Assembly: GCA_964611985.1 (NCBI GenBank)
Contig: CAZTBM010000007.1
Location: 6,024-70,023, forward strand
Source of the DNA: an uncultured Desulfurococcales archaeon
GTDB lineage: Archaea; Thermoproteota; Thermoprotei_A; CAZTBM01; SZUA-1508
Direction of reading: 5' to 3'
DNA length: 64,000 bases
In this document: positions 38,962 to 49,032 of the stretch, piece by piece
Numbering within the stretch: position 1 is the first letter of the stretch
Layout of the letters: each line of letters starts with the position of its first letter
The notes under the pieces: generated by a model
What the model saw: only the letters and a program-made list of their open reading frames with translations
The model's database searches: none
Told to the model about the DNA's origin: nothing
Position numbers and translations under genes: made by a program

Positions 38962-39378
38962 ATGATTGTATCTAATTTAGATGAGTGGAACTTTCCGGTA
39001 AATTGTAAAACAAATGATAAATATTGTGGAAAATGCTGTTACAATACTGAAATGCCACTAACTAAGCATGATATAGTTAGAATACGAAGCCTAGGATATC
39101 AACAGCAATACTTCGTAGTATATTATGATGATATTCCTCATTTAAAGAATGTAAATGGTCATTGTGTATTTTTAGACTCAATAACTAAAGCATGCAAAAT
39201 ATATGATTATAGGCCATTAGGCTGTCGCTTATACCCTCTTATTTATGATGTAACAAGTAAGAGCATCATTATTGATCCAGAGTGTCCTCAAAGAGAGCAC
39301 ATAGATTTTAGCTTAATTAATAAATTCACACCATTATTGAGAATATTAGTTAAGGAAATATACGGCATTATGATCTAA
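38962..39378 (+). CDS. YkgJ-family cysteine-cluster (CxxCxxCC) protein
   Basis: C...CGKCC, CVFLD, CKIYDYRPLGCRLYP and ECP motifs. Confidence 0.88.
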   Translation: MIVSNLDEWNFPVNCKTNDKYCGKCCYNTEMPLTKHDIVRIRSLGYQQQYFVVYYDDIPHLKNVNGHCVFLDSITKACKIYDYRPLGCRLYPLIYDVTSKSIIIDPECPQREHIDFSLINKFTPLLRILVKEIYGIMI

Positions 39379-39475
39379 TCGGAGCATTGATTCTCTAAAT
39401 ATATGGAAGTATTAAAGAGGTTTCTGATACTGGAATTGAGAATGAATAAAGAAGACAGTATGTTAGTGATGTCTA

Positions 39476-40050
39476 TTAATGACTTGAAACTTTATACCAT
39501 GTGTTAATGTTATATATGCATCCAGGATCAGGAGCTAATACATCATTGAAATAACTATATGCTCTAGCCCTACATCCACCACAAATATTTCTATAAGGGC
39601 ATCTACCACAAAAACCTTTAAGCCTACTTCTATCTCTTAACATGTTAAACGATGACGACTTATTCCACAGTTTATTAAAAATATTATTTTTCTAAGATTC
39701 CCTATCCTTATAGGCATAAACACGCAAGGCATGAGGGAGTAGTCAGGATCCAAGGCTGCGTATACTCTACCTGCACCACATACTCCAATAAATTCTACTA
39801 GGGCCTTAACCATGGCCTTGTAACTAAGTGGAGAAATAGAAGGTGACACATCGCATACTTTTATGTAGGTGGAGACCCTACTCTACCCTCTACCATACTG
39901 GGATGCAGCTGTCAAGATTTTAATTTTTCTCTTCTTGAATTCTTTATAAATAAATCTCATAAATTCCTCTCTTTCAATGGGATCTAAGTCTACTTCAATT
40001 ATGTCTCTACTTCTTCTAGCCAGTATGAAGTTAAAGAATACAACTCTATC
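39476..40050 (-). pseudogene. Remnant of a radical SAM/SPASM protein (C-terminal half only, with stops and frameshifts)
   Basis: Minus-strand pieces: DRVVFFNF...DLDPIEREEFMRFIYKE...SQYGRG*; [35 protein letters not shown]; [41 protein letters not shown]. No CxxxCxxC N-terminal part found. Confidence 0.85.
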
Positions 40051-40139
40051 TGAAAATGTAGGTTATACTGTTACTCTGACATTGACATACCATACTCATA
40101 TACTAGTTTGAATACATAATATACCTGAGGGTAAGACTA

Positions 40140-40583
40140 ATGATATTAAGGCGTAAGAGTATACCCGAGCTTTTAGAATCAACTGGTAATCTTTTAAATT
40201 ATGCTCGACTTAAACTTATGGCAGCATATAATGTTATATCAAACTCAACAAAAGGTAAAGCTCTTAATGAATCTACTTTAGTATCTGCTATGGCTGGTAT
40301 ACCTCTTCTTCCTGAATTCACAGCTAGTATGTATCTATCAGGTGCGTCATCAGATATTAGGAAAGCTCAAAAGAATCTGCAGAAAATATGCAAAGCCCTT
40401 AGAGAAGTTAAGGACGAAGAGTACAAATCAACGCTTAAACCATTACTAAATACTGTTATTGAATCTCTTTCCGAAATCGAAGATAAACTTAAGTTAGGAA
40501 GAAAAGGTGTAATTGAAGCCATAGAACTGCTTAACGAAACTATTGGAATAATTAATGAAATAACATCACATTTACGAGGATGA
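40140..40583 (+). CDS. Hypothetical alpha-helical protein
   Basis: 147-aa ORF with a GAGGG RBS and amphipathic helical pattern; no recognisable motif. Confidence 0.7.
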   Translation: MILRRKSIPELLESTGNLLNYARLKLMAAYNVISNSTKGKALNESTLVSAMAGIPLLPEFTASMYLSGASSDIRKAQKNLQKICKALREVKDEEYKSTLKPLLNTVIESLSEIEDKLKLGRKGVIEAIELLNETIGIINEITSHLRG

Positions 40584-40945
40584 AAGTCAACATAAGCTTA
40601 ATAATTTCAGAAATGGAATGCTATAGAAATAAATTATACTGCTATCGAGAAGAGCCTTAATATACTATGCTGGCTATGAGACAGGACTTAGATTAGCAGA
40701 TTTAGCTAAAGAGACAACAGATGTAGAAGATCACAAAAGCTGCTGGTAATATTGGAGACCTCTACTGCCAGTTCATTATAGAAGGTTTCTAAAGATTTCA
40801 CTTTAAGAAATTGCTTGTCTCCGTTAAATTCCATTCATCCATCTAATACGTAGTTACCATTTGTTATATATATATCATGGTCTTAAGTCATGGTATTTTT
40901 ACAGAGTGTTCATAAGAATAAATTTTATAGTGTACAACCACATCA

Positions 40946-41704
40946 TCATAATATTAATATTGCCAATAGTATTGTTGATAGAACACCTGTTAGATATATG
41001 CCATCGAATGTGCCTGCTCCACCAATACTTACTATTTGAGCCCTTATTTTATCCCAATCTAGTATAAGATGGAAAATGTCTGCACCTATTAGTGTTCCTA
41101 AGGTTCCAGAAACATATGCTATTGGGAATGCACAGAGAGGTCTTGGCGTAACAAGTAGTGATATGATTGTGGCGGTAAATGGAGGAATAAACGTTGGTGA
41201 AACTATACCTACGCCGGGTATAGGTCTTGAAGCTAAATAAGTTACAACAGTGACTATTAATAATGCAGCTAATGTTCTCAAGAGGAGGTCTACATAGCCA
41301 AACTGTAATAATTTAAACATTATAAAAAAAGATATCAATATAGGTATTAATGCTCCGCCAACGTTGATTGTTAAAAGACTTGCTGTCTCCCTAAGTTTTA
41401 GTCTAGGGACAGGTACTGGTATACCAAAGTACTCTGTTACTTCTATCGTTGGTTCAAAATATTTTTCTCTAAACTCCTTAATGACTATGTTTACAGGACT
41501 TAGGGCTATCGAGGCTAACGATATCACATAAGCCAATGCCACCGCTTCTATACTCCTTAGTCCTATTAATGCTATTTCTTCTTCGAAAATTCTCCAATAA
41601 GTAAATATGATTAGAGTGTAAGCTGAAACAGAGACTATCATTATGAATAGCATAATCATTAACATTAGTGGATGTATTGGTGCGAATACTATTATCTTAC
41701 GCAT
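40946..41704 (-). CDS. DUF1614 family membrane protein
   Basis: SPVNI, INVGGALIP, SRPIPGVGI, GTLGTLIGAD and SIGGAGTFDGIYLTG motifs. Confidence 0.9.
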   Translation of the reverse strand: MRKIIVFAPIHPLMLMIMLFIMIVSVSAYTLIIFTYWRIFEEEIALIGLRSIEAVALAYVISLASIALSPVNIVIKEFREKYFEPTIEVTEYFGIPVPVPRLKLRETASLLTINVGGALIPILISFFIMFKLLQFGYVDLLLRTLAALLIVTVVTYLASRPIPGVGIVSPTFIPPFTATIISLLVTPRPLCAFPIAYVSGTLGTLIGADIFHLILDWDKIRAQIVSIGGAGTFDGIYLTGVLSTILLAILIL

Positions 41705-41780
41705 AAGATAGGGGTAGATCTTTCTAAACGATAAACCTTTCTACTAAAACTGTACATTCGTATCCTAGGTTGAGCACGTT

Positions 41781-42671
41781 ATGAGTATTTATCCGGAAAT
41801 TGTTAGAAACGCTATGATATCACCAACTTTAACCCTCTTAGCATATATAAAGCCTGGAGTATACCATAGGTATTCTCCTGATAAGGAGTTGATGGATATC
41901 ATCGGCATAGGACCTGCCATATATGATGTCATAGTCGAAGCGGTCAAGAGGGGAGTTAGCATATCTAAAGGAGACCTTCCTGCTAGTAAAGCTCAGCTTG
42001 GTAAATTAATCTGTGTTACCCTAAAGAAAGCCTTTACATGGTTTGGTAGACTAGACATAACAACCTTAGAATTAGTAACATTATATCCATTGTTGGCTTC
42101 GGCAATGTCATACCTTAAACATAAAGGTAAGCTTAGTGAGGCATCTCTACCTTCAACAGTACATATGTTACTGACAGCTTCAACCAAGGAGGATGCCCTC
42201 GAATTCTATAACACTATAAGAGTAATGAATATTGAAAGCTACGTTAGACTGATGGACGAATATGGTATATCAAGAGGTAAAATCGAAATAGAATCCTATA
42301 ACTTATACGATTTACTAAGTACTTTGTCCAAAGAGAGACCCGTATACAGCACCATAATTAATTATAGTATTTTAGCCACTATAGTTAAAGAGTGTATTTT
42401 AGGCTACGAAAATTCACATGATATAAACTATGCTATAATTAGGGGTTATTTATCATTACTTAAGAATGTAGGTCAACAACTGGGATTATCTACTAGCGAT
42501 ATTAAGATGGTAAGCTCTATGTTAGATAAGTATACTACGTACTCTAAGGAGCTTCTTAAAATATTATATGGATGTGATAAAAGATTTAGGAGGTACAGTA
42601 ATCTCATTAGCGGACTACCTATATTATCTAATGCCACCTTTATAGCTTTAACATTAAGAATTAGACCTTAA
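41781..42671 (+). CDS. Divergent CitG (triphosphoribosyl-dephospho-CoA synthase)-like protein
   Basis: KPGVYHRY resembles archaeal CitG KPGNVHR; LGKLI, LYPLL and STKEDALEFYNTIR segments also match. Confidence 0.5.
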   Translation: MSIYPEIVRNAMISPTLTLLAYIKPGVYHRYSPDKELMDIIGIGPAIYDVIVEAVKRGVSISKGDLPASKAQLGKLICVTLKKAFTWFGRLDITTLELVTLYPLLASAMSYLKHKGKLSEASLPSTVHMLLTASTKEDALEFYNTIRVMNIESYVRLMDEYGISRGKIEIESYNLYDLLSTLSKERPVYSTIINYSILATIVKECILGYENSHDINYAIIRGYLSLLKNVGQQLGLSTSDIKMVSSMLDKYTTYSKELLKILYGCDKRFRRYSNLISGLPILSNATFIALTLRIRP

Positions 42672-44610
42672 AAGGATATGAATGTTCCTTTCTCACTGTT
42701 ATTACACTCCTTATGGCTAATACTATAACTGCTATTACTAATGCTGATAGTATTATCACCAATGTCCTCTCTTTAATAATAGATTGAATAGGTTTAGTTG
42801 TGACATAAGTGATGGTAGATTTTCTTATGATTTTTGTTGGTATAGTTAGAGGTGAAACGACGGTTTTGCCTTCCTTACCGAATAGTAGTAGTGAGAGAAT
42901 AGTATTAGCATGAATAGCTGACATTTTGTATAATATAATTGCTAAGACAGGGTCTCCCTCAGCTTTAGCTCTCATATAGTATAAGACTGAAGCTAAAGGT
43001 GTTATCTTATGTTGAAGGACTTTATTTATGACTTTTAATGCTTCAGTCCTACTATGCTCAAATTGGTATTGAAGAGCTTCCCTCGATGCTACAGCTAAAC
43101 TTAAGGCTGACGTCGCATAAACTATGGCTTCACTTGAGGCCTCAAGCGTTAGGAACATGTTCTTTTCATTTAATGCCTCCTCAGCCCATGATAGATTGTC
43201 TACGGCTTGAGATAACAAGTTAGATAACTGTGATGAAAGTCCCATCTCGCTTATTATTGTTTCAGCATAAGCTACCACTGTACGGGCTTCATAAAGATAG
43301 CTTTCAACGATTCTCCTGAAGCTTTGCATGTTAAAACCTACAGTCTCAACTGGTACGATAAGCTTTAACCAGTCAAGAGCTGTCTCTGCTCTTGCATAAG
43401 CAAATGCCAGGTTCTCCAATGCTGTTCTATAATTTCTGCTACTCCAGGCTTTCTTAGCTTTTTCGAGCAAACTTTCCGCAACTCTAACTCTCCATGAAGC
43501 AGCAGTAATGACCTCTAGGAGTAGTATGTTTGCTACTTTAACTGAGTAAACAGTCCTTCTTGTCTCATTTATGAAGTGTTCAACATCGACAAATACTCTT
43601 TTTGCATCCTCTTCATCTTTAATTTCCATGTAAAACTTTACGAAATATAAGTGTATCTTAGTATTAAAAAGGTAGCTTAATGATGTATAGTAATCTCCCT
43701 TATCCATGGCCTTAACTGCTAAGCTGTAAAGTCTATTAGCCTCTCTTAAATACGCCTGTAAACTGGAAGGCGCTAGTTTCTTTAAACTTTCAAGGTCTGA
43801 GCGAACAGTTGTAAGCTCTAACTCTGCATTTTCCTTTAATTTTTCATTTATCTCTGTTGGTAATTTGGGCTCCGTTAGAGCCTTAGGTTCGGGAAGTTCG
43901 TACCCTGTGAAATACTTAATTGCCTCGCTAATACTGCCCACTTCTATTACTTGAATCCCTAGCTTCCGACCGTACTCAACTACGTCAACTCTCTCTGTTG
44001 TTATTCTCTGCTCTATTATCGGTCCTATGGTTCTAGTTTCCACTTTTTTAACAGTACAATATCTCTGACCTAAGGGTATGAGGAATGTTTTTACACCAAA
44101 TTTTGCTGCAGCCTTTATCTTAGTTGGTATACCACCTACTGGCCCTATTGTTCCATCAGGATTAATCATACCCGTCATCATGACTTCCTCCCTTAACGGT
44201 ATACCTGTTAATAGCGAGAAAACACCAATGGTTATAGCAGCTCCTGCACTTGGGCCCCCAACAATTAATGCTGGAGCATTAATTTCAAAGTAAAAGTTAT
44301 ATTTAAATGGGTTGACATTGGCTAAACGGCAAGCAACTAGTACTGCCATTTTAGCTGAAGCTTGCATATCAATCATAGAGAGGGGAGTTGTTGATACAAA
44401 GACTTTGCCTGTTCCTGGAGTTATTCTAATAGTTATGTTAAGTATTGCTCCAACTTCCTTACCCTTAATCTCTGAAACTGCAGGAGCATGTATAACTATA
44501 ATTTTAGATGTTTCTTGAGCTCTTATGATACTAGGTGTAATAATGTAGTTTGAAATTAGTAATATAATGAGTAAACTTAAGATTACTACTTTAACTGCCC
44601 TCTTCACCAT
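42661..44610 (-). CDS. Secreted, membrane-anchored Lon-like (S16) serine protease (archaeal COG1750 type)
   Basis: Signal peptide, APAV, PGTGKVFV, GGPSAGAA (catalytic Ser), MTGMINPDGTIGPVGG..K (catalytic Lys), helical region, C-terminal TM. ATG 44610 has a GGTGA RBS. Confidence 0.88.
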   Translation of the reverse strand: MVKRAVKVVILSLLIILLISNYIITPSIIRAQETSKIIVIHAPAVSEIKGKEVGAILNITIRITPGTGKVFVSTTPLSMIDMQASAKMAVLVACRLANVNPFKYNFYFEINAPALIVGGPSAGAAITIGVFSLLTGIPLREEVMMTGMINPDGTIGPVGGIPTKIKAAAKFGVKTFLIPLGQRYCTVKKVETRTIGPIIEQRITTERVDVVEYGRKLGIQVIEVGSISEAIKYFTGYELPEPKALTEPKLPTEINEKLKENAELELTTVRSDLESLKKLAPSSLQAYLREANRLYSLAVKAMDKGDYYTSLSYLFNTKIHLYFVKFYMEIKDEEDAKRVFVDVEHFINETRRTVYSVKVANILLLEVITAASWRVRVAESLLEKAKKAWSSRNYRTALENLAFAYARAETALDWLKLIVPVETVGFNMQSFRRIVESYLYEARTVVAYAETIISEMGLSSQLSNLLSQAVDNLSWAEEALNEKNMFLTLEASSEAIVYATSALSLAVASREALQYQFEHSRTEALKVINKVLQHKITPLASVLYYMRAKAEGDPVLAIILYKMSAIHANTILSLLLFGKEGKTVVSPLTIPTKIIRKSTITYVTTKPIQSIIKERTLVIILSALVIAVIVLAIRSVITVRKEHSYPFKV

Positions 44611-44826
44611 GGGCTCACCACTTATGTAAATTATCATAGTATAGTTATGTTCGTGCATATATTAACTTGTTCTGTGCTATACTAGATAGAGTGGGTTAAA
44701 TTGTTTCGGAATAAACCTAAAATTATTCATGGCATCTTTAAGTTTGCTAAAAAGCAGTAGACATAGATAAACATGGTCTAGGAGCGGTTAAGTACACATA
44801 GAAGATTAAATTTCATCTTGCTATTC

Positions 44827-46140
44827 TTATGTAAGTTTTTCTAATTCATCTATCTTATTAATTCTTATAAATCGATTTGACACTTTTTCAAGTGCCTCAT
44901 TTCTTCCCTTAATTAATATTGTGTATAATTTCATATTAGCTTTTTCTAAGTAATGTTTAAGTATGTTTTCCTCTATATCATCAGCACCATCGGTGACTAA
45001 TATTATGTGGTTTACATCTTTCATTATTCCTTTTTGTATATTATTTATTGATGCTATTATGGCATAATCTATATCAGTTTCACCATAACATGCTGCAGTT
45101 AAGACGTAAGGTAGAAGAGATATCATTTCATCTAGCGTTTTACTTGGTTCTAAGGTTAGTGGTTTATATAGACTGTCAGTAAAGAATCTTATATATACCC
45201 TTCTACCCTCATTAATAAATTTCTTGATTAAGAGTAATGTTAGAACTCTAGCTATAACTGTCTTTTCTCCTTCCATACTACTAGACTTGTCGATTAATAT
45301 TAGGATAGGTTTCTTCTCACGCAACATTACCTTTCTATAAATGAGAAGTGAACCTTCAGCAAATTTAACAAAGAATAGATCATCTGGCAGCAATAATTCA
45401 CTTATTACAATTCTTTCAATATCATTACCTAAGGTTATACCCTCTATTATACCACGGCTTGACTCTACTAACTCCTCACTTTGCATAATTCTGCTTTTCA
45501 TTATTATCTTCATATACGTATCAAGTACACGTTTGGCGTCTTTATTCTCTAAGACCTTTATGATGCGGGCCATATACCTACATGTAATATACTCTTGTCT
45601 GTAATTTACTTTGTATCCTTGCCTTACGGTGCCCTTTAAGGTAATATACCTTTCTAAATCTCTAAGGGTCTCCTTCATAATACTTGCTATAGTTTGTTCA
45701 TCCATAATGGCAAGTGGATGTTCCATCATTCTTGGTGAAGTCACATGACCATAACCAGTCTCTCCAAGTCTTCTACTCTGAGGTCTAATCTTATCTGCAG
45801 TTTCTCTTAATGTCTTAGCGAGCTTTAGCGCTAGTGACAATGTGGATAAGGTTGCATTATCAGTGTTTAGTATGGTCCTAGATCTAATGATTTGCATTAG
45901 AGGGTCTTTTCTTAAAGTTTCAAGTAGCTTTTTCCATTTTTGCCTCTTTAATGGTACTTCGTTTCGTATTAAGGCATAAGGTAAGTATAGTGTATAGAAG
46001 AGATCTATGAGTATGTAAGTTTCTATGGATGTGTCTGGTAATATTTGATTGTATAGTTTCCTTAAGTTCTGGCCCCTATATTTTACCACCGGATTCTCAT
46101 AGTCAATCTTTAATACTCCTTCATAATCTTGACTTATCAT
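44827..46140 (-). CDS. vWA-domain protein (ViaA-like)
   Basis: MIDAS motif LIDKSSSM, GETD and VTDG; GITLGNDIERIVISEL precedes the vWA domain. Confidence 0.85.
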   Translation of the reverse strand: MISQDYEGVLKIDYENPVVKYRGQNLRKLYNQILPDTSIETYILIDLFYTLYLPYALIRNEVPLKRQKWKKLLETLRKDPLMQIIRSRTILNTDNATLSTLSLALKLAKTLRETADKIRPQSRRLGETGYGHVTSPRMMEHPLAIMDEQTIASIMKETLRDLERYITLKGTVRQGYKVNYRQEYITCRYMARIIKVLENKDAKRVLDTYMKIIMKSRIMQSEELVESSRGIIEGITLGNDIERIVISELLLPDDLFFVKFAEGSLLIYRKVMLREKKPILILIDKSSSMEGEKTVIARVLTLLLIKKFINEGRRVYIRFFTDSLYKPLTLEPSKTLDEMISLLPYVLTAACYGETDIDYAIIASINNIQKGIMKDVNHIILVTDGADDIEENILKHYLEKANMKLYTILIKGRNEALEKVSNRFIRINKIDELEKLT

Positions 46141-46142
46141 AG

Positions 46143-47285
46143 TTAATGTTCTTCACCTAGTTTACTCTCAATTTTTCTTAGTAATTTTGAAGTGTACTCT
46201 AATATCTCATCCATTCTCTTAGATAGTTCGTAATCGCCTATCCTATCTTTTGCTTCTCTTAGTGTACGCTCTGTTCTATGTATCCCCATTAACATTTCTC
46301 TAAGTTCTTCAGCTGATGTTATAATGTTCTTGTCTATTCTTTCCTCTATTTGCCTTAGATTTCTCATGGCCTCCTCGATGATATATTTATATCTCTCCTT
46401 TAGCTTAAGCTCCTCTATGAGAATTACACTAACTTTCTCAAAATCCTCAATATTATGAGGAACTATGAATCTTAGTGTCTCTAAGTCCTCCTTTTCTACA
46501 TGCAATCTACCGTTGAAGATAGCATTTGCCGCAATAATCTTTAGTGATTTAACTTTCCTTCTGTCACTTAAGTGGAGACCGTGTTCCTCCAGTACACTAA
46601 ACATTTTGGTAATGAAGGGTATAGCATGTTCTAGATTAACCTTGTAGATTAAGTTTGAATATTCCTTAATCTCATTCAGTGTTAGTACTGGCTCCCCCCA
46701 CACGCCATACCTTTCAATAGCTAGTCCCTTTCTTAGTAAACTTGGCCACATAGTTTCATCTACTGGTTTAACTAGGTGTCTTATGAGGAATCTATCATAG
46801 AATGTTTGAAGTTCTGTTTCACTAGGTACCTCGTTTGATGCCCCAATACAAGTCCATAATGGTACTCTTATTTCACCATAATAATCGTAGAATACTCTCT
46901 CATTAAGTATTGTTAGTAATGTATTTAATATAGCAGAGTTTGCCTTGAAAATTTCATCGAGAAAGACAATTTCAGCGCTTGGCAGTTTGCCTTGGATAAT
47001 CCTTCTATACTCTCCTCTACGTAGAGCAATAACGTCTAATGGTCCAAAGATCTCATTTGGCTCAGTATATTTTGTCATTAAGTATTGGAAGTATCGTGCT
47101 TTAAGTAATGATGCTGCTCTCTTAGCTAAAGCACTTTTAGCTGTACCTGGCTCTCCAAGTAGTATTACATGTTCGCCACTAAGTAGGGCTAAAACTATGG
47201 CGTGAGCTTCTATATCTCTTGAGGTGAAGGGTTCTTTGAGTAGATTATAGAACTTTATTAACCTGCTATTATCTATTTCTCCCAT
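46143..47285 (-). CDS. MoxR-family AAA+ ATPase (RavA-like)
   Basis: GEPGTAKS, FQYLMTKYTEPNEIFGP, FLDEIFKANSAILNTLL, GASNE, YDRF and SDRR motifs. Confidence 0.92.
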   Translation of the reverse strand: MGEIDNSRLIKFYNLLKEPFTSRDIEAHAIVLALLSGEHVILLGEPGTAKSALAKRAASLLKARYFQYLMTKYTEPNEIFGPLDVIALRRGEYRRIIQGKLPSAEIVFLDEIFKANSAILNTLLTILNERVFYDYYGEIRVPLWTCIGASNEVPSETELQTFYDRFLIRHLVKPVDETMWPSLLRKGLAIERYGVWGEPVLTLNEIKEYSNLIYKVNLEHAIPFITKMFSVLEEHGLHLSDRRKVKSLKIIAANAIFNGRLHVEKEDLETLRFIVPHNIEDFEKVSVILIEELKLKERYKYIIEEAMRNLRQIEERIDKNIITSAEELREMLMGIHRTERTLREAKDRIGDYELSKRMDEILEYTSKLLRKIESKLGEEH

Positions 47286-47356
47286 AGTCTAGTCTACCAT
47301 TTCTGTCTTTATCCTCCGTGAATAATGAGATAGTATTAGAATAAATATAAACATTA

Positions 47357-47690
47357 CTACAGTTTAATGAACATAATAAGAGGAGATTTAAAAATAAGAG
47401 TTAAGGTGGAGGCGACATTAGTAGGGCGATGGGAGTATTGCTCCAAGCTCCGTAAGGCAAAACCCTTCACGCTTTGGATGACTAGAGTATCAAAGCCATG
47501 ACTTACCTGGCTCTCATATTCTTTTGCTGTTCGCTTGTGACTTGCAAAGATCGAAATGTATGATGCTCTTACATCTCTTCTAGCCCATGAGGGTACTTGT
47601 GCTCTAACAATACTGACATTGATACTTATCATTAAGACTGTAGACGTTAATATCATTGTGACAAGTACTATAACTATTATTTTACATTAT
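47357..47690 (-). pseudogene. Possible remnant of a secreted protein gene
   Basis: Signal-peptide-like start ending VRAQVPSWA, then low-information sequence, in a 700-bp otherwise non-coding gap. Confidence 0.35.
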
Positions 47691-48011
47691 TTTACTAGGT
47701 TTAGTTATCATATATTGAATCACCTATTTCACAATCCGGTGAATATTGGATAAATAAGTTGGGTTTGAAGATGTGAAATAAAACCAGTGAGCAGGCTAGT
47801 TAACATTTTCCAGTTTTGTTACCATGTTAAACTCCTTCTCCATGACTATTAACAGTATTTTATTACATACTGGGGGAAAGAGAGATTAGAAATATCCTCA
47901 CCCACATTACCAATACCAAAGAGATTTAACGTCACCTTGTGTAATACCTTTTCAACATGAAATAGAAACCGTTAAAAACCTAAAAAAGGACTTTTATTAA
48001 TTGATGAGACT

Positions 48012-49025
48012 ATGAAAGTTGTAGCTTCTGCTCCAGGCAAAATAACCCTCTATGGAGAACATGCTGTTGTTTATGGCGAACCTGCTCTTGTAGCTTCTAT
48101 AGATAAACGTGTCTATGTTACCTGTATCCCAAGAAGTGATAAGAAGTATCGTATTTCTGCGCTAAACCTTCAAGTACCAGGCATTATAGTTACTTATAGT
48201 AAGGAGGGGGAGATAATTCTCGAGACAGATTACGGTAAAGTCTTATCTGCAATAAGTTATGTTAATGAAGGTTTAAAGATAGTATCCGAATACATAGGTG
48301 AATATAAAGGTGCCGATGTAGTTGTTGAGTCAACCATGCCTGTAGGTGCAGGCTTAGGTACTTCAGCTGCTGTAACCGTTGCGACAATAGCCGCTTACGC
48401 CAAGGCTTTAGGACATGACCTTAAGAAAGAGGAGATAGCCAAGTTAGCATGGCAAACAGAGAAAAAAGTACAAGGATTAGCCAGCCCCATGGATACAACA
48501 ATATCAACTTTCGGAGGAATCATATACATTAAGTATTCTGGCTCAAATGTCCACATGGAGCCGGTTAAAATTAATGGCGAAATACCATTGATTATAGGTT
48601 ATGTAGAAAGAGAAGCAAAAACTAAAGATCTAGTTCAAAAAGTTTACAACTTAAAATGTAAGCATCCAGAAATCGTAGAGACAATAATAAAGACAATAGG
48701 TTCACTTGTTGAAGATGCCAGGAAAGCACTTCACGAAGGCGACTTAGTAAGAGCTGGAGAGTTAATGAACATTAACCAAGGATTACTTGAAGCCTTAGGT
48801 GTCTCAACCAGGAAGCTTAATGAATTAGTTTATGCTGCTAGAGCTATGGGTGCATTAGGCTCTAAACTTAGTGGTGCTGGAGGTGGTGGATCAATGATAG
48901 CATTGGCGTCAAAGGAGAAAATACCAGAAGTCTCATCAGCCATTAGAATATTGGGCGGCAAAGTTATTGATACTACTATTGGAGGACAAGGATTGATATA
49001 TGAAAAGATAGAAAGAGTTAACTAA
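48012..49025 (+). CDS. mvk: Mevalonate kinase
   Basis: SAPGKITLYGEHAVVYG, PVGAGLGTSAA, ASPMD and KLSGAGGGG motifs. Confidence 0.95.
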   Translation: MKVVASAPGKITLYGEHAVVYGEPALVASIDKRVYVTCIPRSDKKYRISALNLQVPGIIVTYSKEGEIILETDYGKVLSAISYVNEGLKIVSEYIGEYKGADVVVESTMPVGAGLGTSAAVTVATIAAYAKALGHDLKKEEIAKLAWQTEKKVQGLASPMDTTISTFGGIIYIKYSGSNVHMEPVKINGEIPLIIGYVEREAKTKDLVQKVYNLKCKHPEIVETIIKTIGSLVEDARKALHEGDLVRAGELMNINQGLLEALGVSTRKLNELVYAARAMGALGSKLSGAGGGGSMIALASKEKIPEVSSAIRILGGKVIDTTIGGQGLIYEKIERVN

Positions 49026-49032
49026 AATTATG

